Counted from the first letter of the stretch, positions 48,565 to 58,582 are shown. The stretch is 64,000 bases of DNA from Vicinamibacterales bacterium (GCA_030827135.1 JAURFE010000001.1:430368-494367), one strand, 5' to 3'. The notes: generated by a model not told the origin, from the sequence alone. A program made the numbers and translations.

Positions 48565-50165
48565 TGCGACGCCTATTGTGGGTTCTGCTGGCACTCCTCA
48601 CCGTGAGCCCGCTGCTGCACGCCGACCGGCAGGCAGCGACGGGATATGCGGCACTGACAACACTGTTTGACGAGTGGCTGGCCTTCGAGCGCCCGGCCAT
48701 CGTGAATGGCGCGCCCGACTACAGTGCGCCCGCCATGGCGCAGAAACTCAACGGCCTCAAGGCGTTCCAGACTCGCCTTGCGGCCTTGGCGCCGGAGTCG
48801 TGGCCGCGCGAACAGCAGATCGACCACGCCCTCGTGCGCGCCCAGTTGAACGGCCACGAGTTCTATCTGCGTGTGCTCCAGCCCTGGGTCCGCGACCCCG
48901 CGTTCTACAAGACCCTCTGGACCGCGCAGTCCGATACACCGGAGCACGAAGGCCCAACGCATCACGGCGTGGTGGAACTGTGGACGTATACCTTCCCGCT
49001 GTCGCCGGCGGAGGAAGCCCGCCTCGCTGCGGAACTCCGGACCGTCTCTCCCCTGCTGACGCAGGCGCGCCGTAATCTCACCGGCAACGCCCGCGACCTT
49101 TGGTTGACCGGCACCGGCACGATGCAGACGCAGGTGGCCGACCTCGCACGACTCGCCGAACGCACGGCCACCGCCGGCCCCGCGCTGCGGGCGGCTGTGA
49201 CTGAGGCCTCGTCGGCCACCGCCGCCTTTGTCCAGTGGCTCGAATCGCAGGCGTCGTCGAAGACCGGCCCGTCAGGCATCGGCAAGGAGCAGTACACCTG
49301 GAGCCTGCGCAACGTCCACCTGGTGCCCATGTCGTGGGAAGAGGAAGTCGCACTGCTGACACGCGAACTCAATCGCGCCCACGCCTCATTGAAGCTTGAA
49401 GAACAGCGCAACAGGCACCTGCCGCAGCTGACGATGGTGCGGAATCAGGAGGAGTTTGCCGCGCGCGCCGATGCCGGAATCACGAAGTTCATGGCTTTCC
49501 TGAAGAACGCGCCTGTGCTGACCGTGCAGGACTACCTTGAGCCGGCGCTCCGACGGCACATGGGAGGCTTCGTGCCCGAGGCGAGCCGTAACTTCTTTGC
49601 GATCGCGACACACCATGAGCCCGTGACGCTGTACACGCACTTCTACCATTGGTTCGATCACGAGTGGCTGAAGGCGCTTCCCCACCCGAGCCCAATTCGC
49701 CGCAAGGCGTGGCTCTATAACGTCTGGGACAGCCGGTCCGAAGGCATGGCCACCGCGTTTGAGGAAATCGTCATGCACGCGGGGTACTACGACGACAACC
49801 CGCGCGCGCGTGAAATCGTCTGGATCATGCTGGCGCAACGCGCCGCTCGCGGCCTCGCTTCCCTCTACGCACAGGCCAACGAATTCGACATTGCGAAGGC
49901 CAAGGCGTTTCAGGTGCAGTGGACGCCGCGCGGCTGGATGCGGCCCGACCTCGATCTGCTCGGGTTCGAGCAGCAGCTCTACCTGCGGCAGCCCGGATAC
50001 GGCACGAGTTACGTGACCGGCAAGGCCCTGATCGACGACCTGCTGCGCACCCGCGCGCACCAGCTCGGCGATCGCTTCTCGCTCAAGGGCTTCTTCGACG
50101 ACGTGAACGGCGCGGGCATGATTCCCGTGTCGCTCATTCGCTGGCAGCTCATCGGCGAGCGGTAG
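48561..50165 (+). CDS. Secreted DUF885-like protein
   Basis: Signal peptide. The region EGMATAFEEIVMHAGYYDD...RPDLD...PGYGTSYVTG resembles the DUF885 C-terminal core. The start overlaps the M1 stop. Confidence 0.6.
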   Translation: MMRRLLWVLLALLTVSPLLHADRQAATGYAALTTLFDEWLAFERPAIVNGAPDYSAPAMAQKLNGLKAFQTRLAALAPESWPREQQIDHALVRAQLNGHEFYLRVLQPWVRDPAFYKTLWTAQSDTPEHEGPTHHGVVELWTYTFPLSPAEEARLAAELRTVSPLLTQARRNLTGNARDLWLTGTGTMQTQVADLARLAERTATAGPALRAAVTEASSATAAFVQWLESQASSKTGPSGIGKEQYTWSLRNVHLVPMSWEEEVALLTRELNRAHASLKLEEQRNRHLPQLTMVRNQEEFAARADAGITKFMAFLKNAPVLTVQDYLEPALRRHMGGFVPEASRNFFAIATHHEPVTLYTHFYHWFDHEWLKALPHPSPIRRKAWLYNVWDSRSEGMATAFEEIVMHAGYYDDNPRAREIVWIMLAQRAARGLASLYAQANEFDIAKAKAFQVQWTPRGWMRPDLDLLGFEQQLYLRQPGYGTSYVTGKALIDDLLRTRAHQLGDRFSLKGFFDDVNGAGMIPVSLIRWQLIGER

Positions 50166-50174
50166 GAGGGTCGG

Positions 50175-50816
50175 TCAGCGCGTGACAAGTGTCGCGCGCT
50201 GAATCCAATCCAGCTTCGGGAATTCACGCCTGAAGAACCCGGCGCCTTCCGCGAAGCCGGCATCCTGCTTTCCGGCACGAATGCCGCCGAGCCCCTCGCC
50301 GTACTCGGCGAAGAACCGGTCCGCTACGTCCATGCCCTCCACAACCCGGCCAAACGGGACAAACGGCTCCTTGTCGTGGGTCGCCGCGTTATCGGTCAGA
50401 TTGATGAACACCTGGGTCGTCCTGCCATGCGGCACCGCAAAGGCGAACGCGACCGTGCCGCGCGCATTCGTTTCGCGAAACGGATCATCGGGGAACGTCC
50501 GCTGCCGCCAGGCCTGCGCGACCTTGGGATCGCCCGCGATCCCGAATTGCACCCACGTCTTCGGGCGCACCCGAAACAGCGGCGCCTCGTCGTAGTAGCC
50601 ATGCCGCACGAGGTTCACGAAGCGGTCAGCACCCAACGGGGCCCATGCGCGCAGGACTTCAATGATGACGACGCCCGCGGTGGTGTCCAGGCGGACGCGC
50701 GACTGCTCCGGCGCGGGGGTCGTGAACGCCGGGTCGGAAGGCGTCAGGAGTCTCTGCCGGTCAGGCGGCGCCTGCCAGGTCAGGGCGGCAAGGAGCAGGG
50801 CCAAATACATGCGCAT
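50175..50816 (-). CDS. Periplasmic cyclophilin-type peptidyl-prolyl isomerase
   Basis: Signal peptide plus the cyclophilin core (FVNLVRHGYYDEAPLFRV, NARGTVAFA, HDKEPFVPFGRVVEGMDV). GAGG lies 6 nt upstream. Confidence 0.9.
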   Translation of the reverse strand: MRMYLALLLAALTWQAPPDRQRLLTPSDPAFTTPAPEQSRVRLDTTAGVVIIEVLRAWAPLGADRFVNLVRHGYYDEAPLFRVRPKTWVQFGIAGDPKVAQAWRQRTFPDDPFRETNARGTVAFAFAVPHGRTTQVFINLTDNAATHDKEPFVPFGRVVEGMDVADRFFAEYGEGLGGIRAGKQDAGFAEGAGFFRREFPKLDWIQRATLVTR

Positions 50817-50948
50817 GGGAACCTCGGGGGAATCGTAATCTGGATCGGCGCGACGCTGGCCGTCGGTGCCGTCTGTGCGCTTGTCGCACTCGCGGGCTTG
50901 TGGGTCAGTGTGAGGGGCGCTCGCATGACCGTTGGCAACACATAGCCG

Positions 50949-52019
50949 TCAGCGACGCCCGTAGCCCCCGCCGAAGGATCGCTTCGGGATCGCCCGGCCT
51001 GTCAGTTCAACAATGAGCCGCTCCATCAGCACGCGGTCTTCCCCGCCGGAGCTCTTGAGGGCGAGGTCGGTACGGAGCAACGCGTCCAGCGCGGCCTTCA
51101 CGCGATCCGGAGCCGACTCGACCAGGCGATTCGACACCCACCAGCGGAGTTGGCCGAGCATCTGATGCGGCGAGTCGCCGCGGTCGAACCTGAGCGCAAC
51201 TTCACGCAGGGCCTTCGCCGCATCGCCATCACCGATGGCATTGGTCAGGCCCCAATCGTCGAGTTGCGCGCCGCCAGTGGCGACTTCGTCCGCGTCGGCC
51301 ACGGTGATCGTCGCAGCACCCTGCGTGAGCAGCAAGAGGCGCTCGATGTCTCCGCGCAGTTTCGAAATGTCGCCGCCTGAGCGGGCGGTCAGGATCTTCA
51401 CCGCGCCGGGCTCAATGGTCCTGCCCTCGCGCACCATCTCTTCCTGGATGAACCTGGCCGCCCCGGCCTGCGCAGCCGCGATGTCCGACGCATTCGGCGA
51501 CCCTCGGGCCCCTTCCGCGCGGATGCCGCCAAACTCCACCACGTGCCCCTTCGCGACCAGTTGTTTGGTGAAGCGTCGCCCACGGTCGATCTCAGTCGCA
51601 ACAAACACCAGCGTCGCAAAGTCAGATGGTGCCGCGAGGTAATCCTCCAGCGGCGTCATGTCGCTTGCGGCAGAGTCCGTGTCGCCGGGGTCACCCGCTT
51701 CTTCCTCGTCCTCGTCGGACGACTTCCCGGCGCGTTTTGGCTTCAACAGCTTTTCGGCGCGCATGACAATGACGAGGCGGCGGTCGCCGAGCATGGGCAG
51801 GCTGCGACAGGAGGCGGCAATGTCGACAGGAAAGCCGCCCGGCTCCGCGGCATACACACGGTCCACCGCGAACGGCCGGTCGGCCTCGTCGACGGTGCCT
51901 TCGATCGCATCGACCATCTGGCCCGCGAGTTTTACGTCCTCGCCGACAAACAGATACACGCGCTGCAACTCGCGCTTCTTGATGTGGGTGCGGAGGGCGT
52001 CAACGTCGAGGTTCGGCAC
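50949..52019 (-). CDS. holA: DNA polymerase III delta subunit
   Basis: VYLFVGEDVKLAGQ N-terminus, about 356 aa, in the conserved leuS-lptE-holA order. Confidence 0.85.
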   Translation of the reverse strand: MPNLDVDALRTHIKKRELQRVYLFVGEDVKLAGQMVDAIEGTVDEADRPFAVDRVYAAEPGGFPVDIAASCRSLPMLGDRRLVIVMRAEKLLKPKRAGKSSDEDEEEAGDPGDTDSAASDMTPLEDYLAAPSDFATLVFVATEIDRGRRFTKQLVAKGHVVEFGGIRAEGARGSPNASDIAAAQAGAARFIQEEMVREGRTIEPGAVKILTARSGGDISKLRGDIERLLLLTQGAATITVADADEVATGGAQLDDWGLTNAIGDGDAAKALREVALRFDRGDSPHQMLGQLRWWVSNRLVESAPDRVKAALDALLRTDLALKSSGGEDRVLMERLIVELTGRAIPKRSFGGGYGRR

Positions 52020-52027
52020 GTCCCTAC

Positions 52028-52567
52028 CTAAAACGCTTCAAGAATCGACGTGACCACCGATCGGGAGAAGTTCTGCGAGAGGCGCTGCATCGCGTTGGTG
52101 TTCTGCCCGAAGAACGCGGTGACATCGGTGCCGGTTGTCGTCGACACGTCGTACTCCTCGCGATACTGCAGGGCGGCATTTGACCAGAGCACCTTGTTCT
52201 CGCGCAGGTCCCTGAACTCAAACGACGCCATGACGACCAGCGCCACGCGCGATGCCTGGCTGCCGGTGGTGAACGCCGTGGTATCGAGCCGCACACTCGT
52301 AATCGTGCCGGTCAACACCGCATCCACATTGGTGGCATCCGGCTGAACGGTGTACCGGCCACGGCCTGCGAACTCGCGACGCACGGCGTCGGTCAACACG
52401 CGGTCCAAATCGAATGTCGATGTCTGATTCACAAATGCCGGAACCCCGACAATACGGATGTACTCAGGCAGGAACGAACCGCGGCCGGCCAGCGCGTAGC
52501 CGCATGAGGACGCAGAGACGAGCAGGGGCAGGAGGAGAACCAGCGCCAGACTGCGACGCGCGCTCAT
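52028..52567 (-). CDS. lptE: LPS-assembly lipoprotein LptE
   Basis: Lipobox [10 protein letters not shown], then [20 protein letters not shown]. The start overlaps the leuS stop. Confidence 0.8.
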   Translation of the reverse strand: MSARRSLALVLLLPLLVSASSCGYALAGRGSFLPEYIRIVGVPAFVNQTSTFDLDRVLTDAVRREFAGRGRYTVQPDATNVDAVLTGTITSVRLDTTAFTTGSQASRVALVVMASFEFRDLRENKVLWSNAALQYREEYDVSTTTGTDVTAFFGQNTNAMQRLSQNFSRSVVTSILEAF

Positions 52568-55074
52568 CCCTTCACCACGATGCTGATCGGCTGCTCGATA
52601 CGCGCGTGAATCACCTTCACGACCTGTTTGCCGTCGGTCCATTTCTTCACCTCAGGAGACGCCAGCGCCAGCGCGATGTTCGCCTCCGGTGTCGAGTCGG
52701 CCGGCACGGTGAGCCGTGCGCGGAGCTTGCCGTTGACCTGCACGGGAATCTCAATCGATTCTTCCCGCGCCGCCTCGTCATCACTCACCGGCCAGCCGGC
52801 GGCGACGACTCCTTCAGCATGCCCCATTTGCGCCCACAACTCCTCGCACATGTGCGGGGTGAATGGCGAGAGCATGAGGACCAGGGCCTCGATCGTTTCG
52901 CGCAGGACGGCGGCCGTCTCCACACGATCCACCGAGGCGCGCGGTTCATCATCCACACCCATGGGGCGCACACCGCGCAGCTCGGCGTAGGCATACAGCT
53001 CATTCACGAGTTCCATGAGTGCCGCCACAGCCGTGTTCAGGTGCACGCGGGGGTCGATGTCCTGGGTGATGCGGCGAATGGTGCTGTGCGTCTTCCGCCG
53101 CATGTTCCGGTCGGCGTCGTCGAACGAAAGCCCGGCGACCGGAGGTGCCGGCCGGATGACGTCGGTGCAATGGTCGGCGATGCGCCACACGCGATTGAGG
53201 AACCGGAACGCGCCCTCAAGGCCTGTGTCGGTCCACTCGACTTCCTTCTCGGGAGGCGCCACAAACATGACGTACAGGCGCAGCGCGTCCGCGCCGAACT
53301 GCCGGATCATGTCGTCGGGATCCACGACGTTGCCCTTGGACTTGGACATGACCGCGCCGTGGCGCAGCACCATGCCCTGGGTCAGCAGGCGTGTGAACGG
53401 CTCGTCGATGGTGACCAGACCGATGTCGCGGAACACCCGGCTGAAGAACCGCGAGTAGATAAGGTGCAGGATGGCGTGTTCGACGCCACCACTGTAGAAG
53501 TCCACCGGTCCCCAGTACGCGACCTTCTTCGGATCAAACGGGAGGCCGTTGTTGTGCGGGTCGCAGAACCGGAAGAAGTACCACGACGAGTCCACGAACG
53601 TGTCCATCGTGTCGGTCTCACGTCGCGCCGCCGTCCCGCACTTCGGGCACGGCACATTCACGAACTCCGGCACCTGCGCCAGCGGCGAGTCGCCGCGGCC
53701 GGTGAACTCGGTGATGGTCGGCAATTCGACCGGCAGATCCTTGTCGGGCACAGGCACCATGCCGCACGACGGGCAGTGGATGATCGGAATCGGCGTGCCC
53801 CAGTACCGCTGACGGGAAATGCCCCAGTCCTTCAGCCGGTACTGCACGGTGCCTTCGCCGATGCCACGTGTCGCAGCCTCCGCGGTCATCCGGCGGTTCG
53901 CCTCTGGCCAGGGCAGGCCGTTCCACTCGCCGGACTCCACGAGCGCGCCATCGCCGTCGTACGCCTCGGTCAGCGTGTCGCCATCAAGTGTGCCGCCCTC
54001 GGGCTGCACGACGACGCGTACGGGCAGGTTGTATTTGCGCGCGAACTCGAAGTCGCGCTGATCGTGCGCGGGCACGCCCATCACGGCGCCCGTGCCGTAA
54101 TCGCCGAGCACGAAGTTCGCCACCCACACCGGCACTTCCTTGCCGGTGAACGGATTCGTCACCGTGCGACCGGTGTCGAAGCCTTCCTTCTCGACCTCGC
54201 CCGTCATCCGCGCGGACTTGTCCTGTGCACGGAACTTCGCGGCCTTCGCGCGGAAGCCCGCCGGATCCGGCGATGCCGCCGCGAACTGCTCGACCATCGG
54301 ATGTTCAGGCCCGAGCATCACGAACATCGCACCGTAGATGGTATCGATACGGGTGGTGAAGACTTCAATGTCGCCGAAGCGAACGCGCGCACCCTCAGAC
54401 CGTCCGATCCAGTTGCGCTGCATCGTCAGCACTTTTTCAGGCCACTGCGAGAGCTCTTCTGCGGCGGTCAGCAGTTCATCGGCATACGCGGTGATGCGGA
54501 GGCACCACTGTTCGAGTTCACAGAGGGTGACCGTGGTGCCGCAGCGCCAGCAGCCGCCGTCGACGACCTGCTCATTGGCGAGCACGGTCTGGCAGCTCTC
54601 GCACCAGTTGACGTTCGAGCGCCGGCGGTACGCCAGCCCCTTCTCGAACATGCGGGTGAAGAGCCACTGGTTCCACTTGTAATAAATCGCGTCGCAGGTC
54701 GCGAGTTCGCGTTCCCAGGCGTAGCTGATGCCGAGGCGCTGCAGCTGCCCCTTCATGTGCGCGATGTTCGCGCGCGTCCACGTCTCTGGGTGCAGATTGT
54801 TCTTGATGGCGGCGTTTTCGGCCGGCAGGCCGAAGGCATCCCACCCGAACGGATGCAGCACGTTGAACCCGCGCATCCGCATGGTGCGGGCCATGATGTC
54901 GCCAATCATGTAATTGCGCACGTGCCCGACGTGGGCGTGCCCGGACGGGTAGGCGAACATCTCCAGGCAATAAAACTTCGGCTTGGACGGGTCTTCGGTC
55001 ACCTCGAACGCACGGGTATCCGCCCAGTGCTTCTGCCACTTCTGCTCGATGTCTTGGGGCTTATACGAACTCAC
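52564..55074 (-). CDS. leuS: Leucine--tRNA ligase
   Basis: [10 protein letters not shown] (HIGH-type) and VMSKSKGN (KMSKS) motifs. 836 aa, GTG start. Confidence 0.97.
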   Translation of the reverse strand: MSSYKPQDIEQKWQKHWADTRAFEVTEDPSKPKFYCLEMFAYPSGHAHVGHVRNYMIGDIMARTMRMRGFNVLHPFGWDAFGLPAENAAIKNNLHPETWTRANIAHMKGQLQRLGISYAWERELATCDAIYYKWNQWLFTRMFEKGLAYRRRSNVNWCESCQTVLANEQVVDGGCWRCGTTVTLCELEQWCLRITAYADELLTAAEELSQWPEKVLTMQRNWIGRSEGARVRFGDIEVFTTRIDTIYGAMFVMLGPEHPMVEQFAAASPDPAGFRAKAAKFRAQDKSARMTGEVEKEGFDTGRTVTNPFTGKEVPVWVANFVLGDYGTGAVMGVPAHDQRDFEFARKYNLPVRVVVQPEGGTLDGDTLTEAYDGDGALVESGEWNGLPWPEANRRMTAEAATRGIGEGTVQYRLKDWGISRQRYWGTPIPIIHCPSCGMVPVPDKDLPVELPTITEFTGRGDSPLAQVPEFVNVPCPKCGTAARRETDTMDTFVDSSWYFFRFCDPHNNGLPFDPKKVAYWGPVDFYSGGVEHAILHLIYSRFFSRVFRDIGLVTIDEPFTRLLTQGMVLRHGAVMSKSKGNVVDPDDMIRQFGADALRLYVMFVAPPEKEVEWTDTGLEGAFRFLNRVWRIADHCTDVIRPAPPVAGLSFDDADRNMRRKTHSTIRRITQDIDPRVHLNTAVAALMELVNELYAYAELRGVRPMGVDDEPRASVDRVETAAVLRETIEALVLMLSPFTPHMCEELWAQMGHAEGVVAAGWPVSDDEAAREESIEIPVQVNGKLRARLTVPADSTPEANIALALASPEVKKWTDGKQVVKVIHARIEQPISIVVKG

Positions 55075-55083
55075 CCGGCTATT

Positions 55084-56016
55084 TTAGTCTCGAAGTCCCG
55101 AAGTCCCGAGGACGTTGATGGTCGCCTCGATGCCTTCCCGCAGGGCATTGAGGTCGTAGCCGCCTTCCGTGACCACGGCGATCCGGCCGCCACAGAGGCG
55201 GCGGGCGGCGTCACCGAGCATCCCTGAGAGCCGGGCGAATCCCTCGGTTGTCATCCGAAGTCCACCGAGCGGGTCCTTGTAATGGGCGTCGTACCCCGCA
55301 GAGACCAGCACGATGTCAGGCTGGAACGCATCCAGGGCCGGCAGCGCCTGCGCCTCGTACGCCCCCAGCACGTCGTCATCGCCGGCGCCCGCACGCATCG
55401 GCAGGTTCAACGTGAACCCTTCACCCGCGCCTCTGCCACGCTCGGTCTCGGCCCCACTGCCGGGCCAGAACGGGTACTGGTGGCTGGAGATGAACAACAC
55501 GGACGGATCGCTGTCAAACGCCGCCTGGGTCCCGTTGCCGTGGTGGACGTCAAAGTCCACGATCGCGACCCGTGCCGCCCCCTCGGCTCTGAGTGCCGCC
55601 GCGGCCACAGCGACGTTGCCGTAAAAACAGAAGCCCATCGCCTTGTGGGGCTCGGCATGATGGCCCGGTGGACGCACAAGCGCCATCGCCGCTTCCCCGG
55701 TGGTCCATGCATGACGCGCGGCTTCGATCGTCGCGCCCGCCGCAAGCCGCGCCACGTCATACGTCTCCGGGCTCGTATACGTGTCGTCGTCAATCATCAC
55801 CGCGCGATCCGCCGTCGCCTCAATCGAATCGAGATACGCCGCGGTATGGATGCGCGCGAGTTCCTCGCGTGTCGCCATGCGCGGTTCGCGGACGATGCCG
55901 CCACGGGCCGCGAACGAGACCGCGACAGCCTCCAACACTTCGCCACGTTCGATGCGTTCCGGATGGCCGGGCGGAGGACAGTGTTCGGAGAATCTGGGGG
56001 AATACAGGAGGAGCAT
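55084..56016 (-). CDS. Histone-deacetylase-family amidohydrolase (AcuC/HDAC class)
   Basis: PPGHHAEPHKAMGFCFYGNVAVAA, DFDVHHGNGTQ and EGGY motifs. The ATG at 56016 lies 2 nt after the DUF374 stop. Confidence 0.9.
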   Translation of the reverse strand: MLLLYSPRFSEHCPPPGHPERIERGEVLEAVAVSFAARGGIVREPRMATREELARIHTAAYLDSIEATADRAVMIDDDTYTSPETYDVARLAAGATIEAARHAWTTGEAAMALVRPPGHHAEPHKAMGFCFYGNVAVAAAALRAEGAARVAIVDFDVHHGNGTQAAFDSDPSVLFISSHQYPFWPGSGAETERGRGAGEGFTLNLPMRAGAGDDDVLGAYEAQALPALDAFQPDIVLVSAGYDAHYKDPLGGLRMTTEGFARLSGMLGDAARRLCGGRIAVVTEGGYDLNALREGIEATINVLGTSGLRD

Positions 56017-56018
56017 CG

Positions 56019-56729
56019 TTATTGAGGATTGAGGATTGAGGATTGAGGATTTGGATTGGGGGATTGGGGATTGAGGGATTGTTCCAGGCTCCGCAAGGCC
56101 GCTTCCAACTCCAGCCGTCCCTGCTCCACCGTCGCCTCCTCGGTGTTCGCGATGTACAGCGGTTCGCCGATATTGATCGCAATCGTCGCGCCGGGTTTGG
56201 GGATCTGCTGGCGGTCCCAGCTGCGCGCGGTCCACGACGAATCCGCCTCAAGATGAAACGGCACAATCGGATGACCAGTCGCGCCGGCGAGCCACGCGGC
56301 ACCGGGCTGCGCGACGCGAGCGGGGCCGCGCGGGCCGTCGACCGTGAAGGCGACCGGCCGCCCTGCCGCCAACGTGCGACGCATCTGTACCAGCGCTTTC
56401 GCGCCACCACGCGACGAGGAGCCACGCGCCGCGCCGTAGCCGAACTTCGCAATGATGCGCGCGATCCATTCGCCGTCAAAATTTTCACTGGTGATGACGA
56501 CAATGCCGCGGTCACGGAAGTACGGCACACCTTCGAGAATGCGGCCGTGCCAGAAGGCCAGAATCGGCACCTCGCCAACACGTGTGAGCGCGTCCAGGTG
56601 GCCGGCTCCCGTGGCGCGATAGGTCCACGTGCCCGCAAGCGCCTCGATGATGGGCCAGCCGAGGGTGGCGATGGCCGACACCTGCGCCCGTTTCGCCCGG
56701 GACTCACGCCAGGCGGAATCTGCAGCCAT
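56019..56729 (-). CDS. DUF374 / lysophospholipid-acyltransferase-family protein
   Basis: PILAFWHGRILE...SENFDGEWIARI...VAFTVDGPRGP is the DUF374 core. The last 20 or so residues (SLNPQSPNPNPQSSILNPQ) are encoded by heptamer array B. Confidence 0.85.
   Translation of the reverse strand: MAADSAWRESRAKRAQVSAIATLGWPIIEALAGTWTYRATGAGHLDALTRVGEVPILAFWHGRILEGVPYFRDRGIVVITSENFDGEWIARIIAKFGYGAARGSSSRGGAKALVQMRRTLAAGRPVAFTVDGPRGPARVAQPGAAWLAGATGHPIVPFHLEADSSWTARSWDRQQIPKPGATIAINIGEPLYIANTEEATVEQGRLELEAALRSLEQSLNPQSPNPNPQSSILNPQ
56021..56081 (-). repeat. Heptamer array B: on the minus strand CAAT-CCCTCAAT-CCCCAATC-CCCCAAT-CCAAAT-(CCTCAAT)x4
   Basis: On the plus strand, (ATTGAGG)x4 at 56021-56048 followed by atttgg, attgggg, gattgggg, attgaggg and attg. 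It shares the CCAAAT-(CCTCAAT)n core with array A. The array ends 4 nt (aacg) before the HDAC ATG. Confidence 0.9.
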
Positions 56730-58576
56730 CAGGTCCGATCTTCAGGCGCGCACTTGGGCTTGAGCGCCTTCATTTTGCCGTCCACGTAGGTCATCAGGTC
56801 CACCATCTGCACCGGCGCGTTGGTGGAGGCCTGCGCGCCCTTGAGCATGATCGAGCAGAAGGGGCACGCCATGACCACCGTGCCAGCCTTGGTGGCCTCC
56901 AGTTGCTCGAACCGTTCCTGACTGATGCGTTTGCCGGACTCGTGCTCCTCAAACAACAAGCCGCCTCCCGCGCCGCAGCAGAAGGGATTGTCGCCATGGC
57001 GCGCGGGCTCGGTCACTGTCGCACCGAATCGCTCAAGCAGCGCACGAGGCTCGGCGTGCACACCGGCATACCGGCCCAGATAACAGGGGTCGTGGTACGT
57101 CACGTTGTCCTTTTCGCCCCATTCGAGCAGGACGTCGCGGGTCAGTTCCTCGATGAGCGACGCCGAGTGCACAGCTTCGACCTCGTAGCCCATCAACTGA
57201 TAGTCGTGGCCGATCGTCTTCACGCAGTGCGGGCAGGAGGTGACGATCTTCTTGACACCCGCGGCCTTCAGGTCCTCGATGTTCTGGGTCGCCAGCTCCT
57301 GATACATGTATTCGTTGCCGGTGCGTTTTGCGACGTCCCCGGTGCAGCGTTCCTTCGAGAGCACGCCGAACGTCTTGCCGCGGGAGCGCAGCAGGTCAAA
57401 GAGCGAACGCATCGACTTCTGATAGTCGGCTTCAAATGCCCCGGCGCATCCCAGCCACACCAGGTATTCGTGTTTCGTCGGGTCGAACGTCTCAAGCGCC
57501 GCCGACTGCACGAACTTGGCCCGCTGGTCGTACATCAGCCCCCAGATGTTCTGTCGCCGCTCGAGGTTCGTGAACAGGGGCGTCAGGAACTCAGGCGCTT
57601 CGCCGTTGGAGACGAGGCCTCGACGGGCACCGATGATGTTCGGCAGGTGCTCCACGCCGACCGGGCACGCCTGCTCACAGGCGCCACACGTCGTGCACTG
57701 CCAGAGGACGTCCTGGTCGTAGACGTCCAGCAGGCGCTTGTCCATCTCCCCCGCCAGAAGGGCCGCTTCGTTCTGAAGCGGAATCATCTTCGGGTTCAGC
57801 CGCTTCCCCGTGCCAAACGCCGGGCAGTTGTCCTGGCAGCGTCCGCACTCCACACACGAAAACGCGTCGAGTACCGTCTTTGACGGCAGGTCCTTCACGG
57901 TCTCGAGCCCCACCTGCTCCTTTTCGAAATCCAGATTGGGAACGGTCCCGAGAATCGGTGACTTCAGAAACACCGTCGCCGGCGACAGAATCAGGTGGAG
58001 GTGTTTCGAATTCGGCACGAGCACCATGAAGACCAGGATGATGACCATGTGGACCCACCAGTTCACCCGCCCGATGGTATCGGTCTCGTACACGAAACTC
58101 ACGAAGTAGGTCACCATCAGCATCGCGATGAAAAACGCGATGAGCAGCGACTCTTTGGAGACAGTGGCGCCCAGCCCGGCCGGCCGAACAATGCCGCGGC
58201 GAATGGCCAGGCCGCTGATGCCGACCAACACGCCTGCGGCAAACGGCGCCAGCGCCCACTTGTAGACCAGAAACGGCGTGGTGTGGGTGACGTCCACGAG
58301 GCCCAACCCCCGCAGCATCTCCGCTGCGGTGTACCCGCCAAACGCCACGAACCCCCAGAAGACCGCCAGGTGCGCGATGCCTGCAGCCTTCCGAGCCGAG
58401 ATCACCTTTGACTGGAAGATCACCTCGCTGACGAACCGATCCAACCGGGCTCCGAGGTGGTCAAACGTGAAGTTGTTCGGCGCCGCCTGAATCAACTTCA
58501 GCCGCGTGGACATCTGCGCCAGAAACCCCGCCACAAAGGCGACAAATACGATCCGGAATGCCCAGACGTCGTTCAT
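56729..58576 (-). CDS. Membrane-anchored (Fe-S)-binding oxidoreductase (HdrD/GlpC-like, two 4Fe-4S motifs and CCG domains fused to a polytopic N-terminal domain)
   Basis: About five N-terminal TM helices, then CVECGRCQDNCP and CTTCGACEQACP, then cysteine-rich CCG-type segments (LGCAGAFE, TSCPHC, PFCCGAGGG, ACPFC). Confidence 0.85.
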   Translation of the reverse strand: MNDVWAFRIVFVAFVAGFLAQMSTRLKLIQAAPNNFTFDHLGARLDRFVSEVIFQSKVISARKAAGIAHLAVFWGFVAFGGYTAAEMLRGLGLVDVTHTTPFLVYKWALAPFAAGVLVGISGLAIRRGIVRPAGLGATVSKESLLIAFFIAMLMVTYFVSFVYETDTIGRVNWWVHMVIILVFMVLVPNSKHLHLILSPATVFLKSPILGTVPNLDFEKEQVGLETVKDLPSKTVLDAFSCVECGRCQDNCPAFGTGKRLNPKMIPLQNEAALLAGEMDKRLLDVYDQDVLWQCTTCGACEQACPVGVEHLPNIIGARRGLVSNGEAPEFLTPLFTNLERRQNIWGLMYDQRAKFVQSAALETFDPTKHEYLVWLGCAGAFEADYQKSMRSLFDLLRSRGKTFGVLSKERCTGDVAKRTGNEYMYQELATQNIEDLKAAGVKKIVTSCPHCVKTIGHDYQLMGYEVEAVHSASLIEELTRDVLLEWGEKDNVTYHDPCYLGRYAGVHAEPRALLERFGATVTEPARHGDNPFCCGAGGGLLFEEHESGKRISQERFEQLEATKAGTVVMACPFCSIMLKGAQASTNAPVQMVDLMTYVDGKMKALKPKCAPEDRT

Positions 58577-58582
58577 GCAGGA

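Noticed and set aside
50817-50945. Hydrophobic peptide-like frame (IVIWIGATLAVGAVCALVALAGLWV) in the gap between the cyclophilin and holA genes
   Set aside because: There is no ATG, GTG or TTG start upstream of the hydrophobic segment in that frame. It is the tail of a shadow ORF antisense to the cyclophilin gene.
52414-55227. 937-aa ORF on the plus strand, and similar long ORFs at 18009-20198, 27218-28750, 36975-38108, 46912-48354 and 1809-2882
   Set aside because: Each lies antisense to, or out of frame within, a gene with unmistakable motifs (leuS, carB, PBP1A, ilvE, M1 peptidase, the giant gene). Each translates to Arg/Pro/Gly/His-rich low-complexity sequence. These are shadow ORFs of the kind expected in high-GC DNA.
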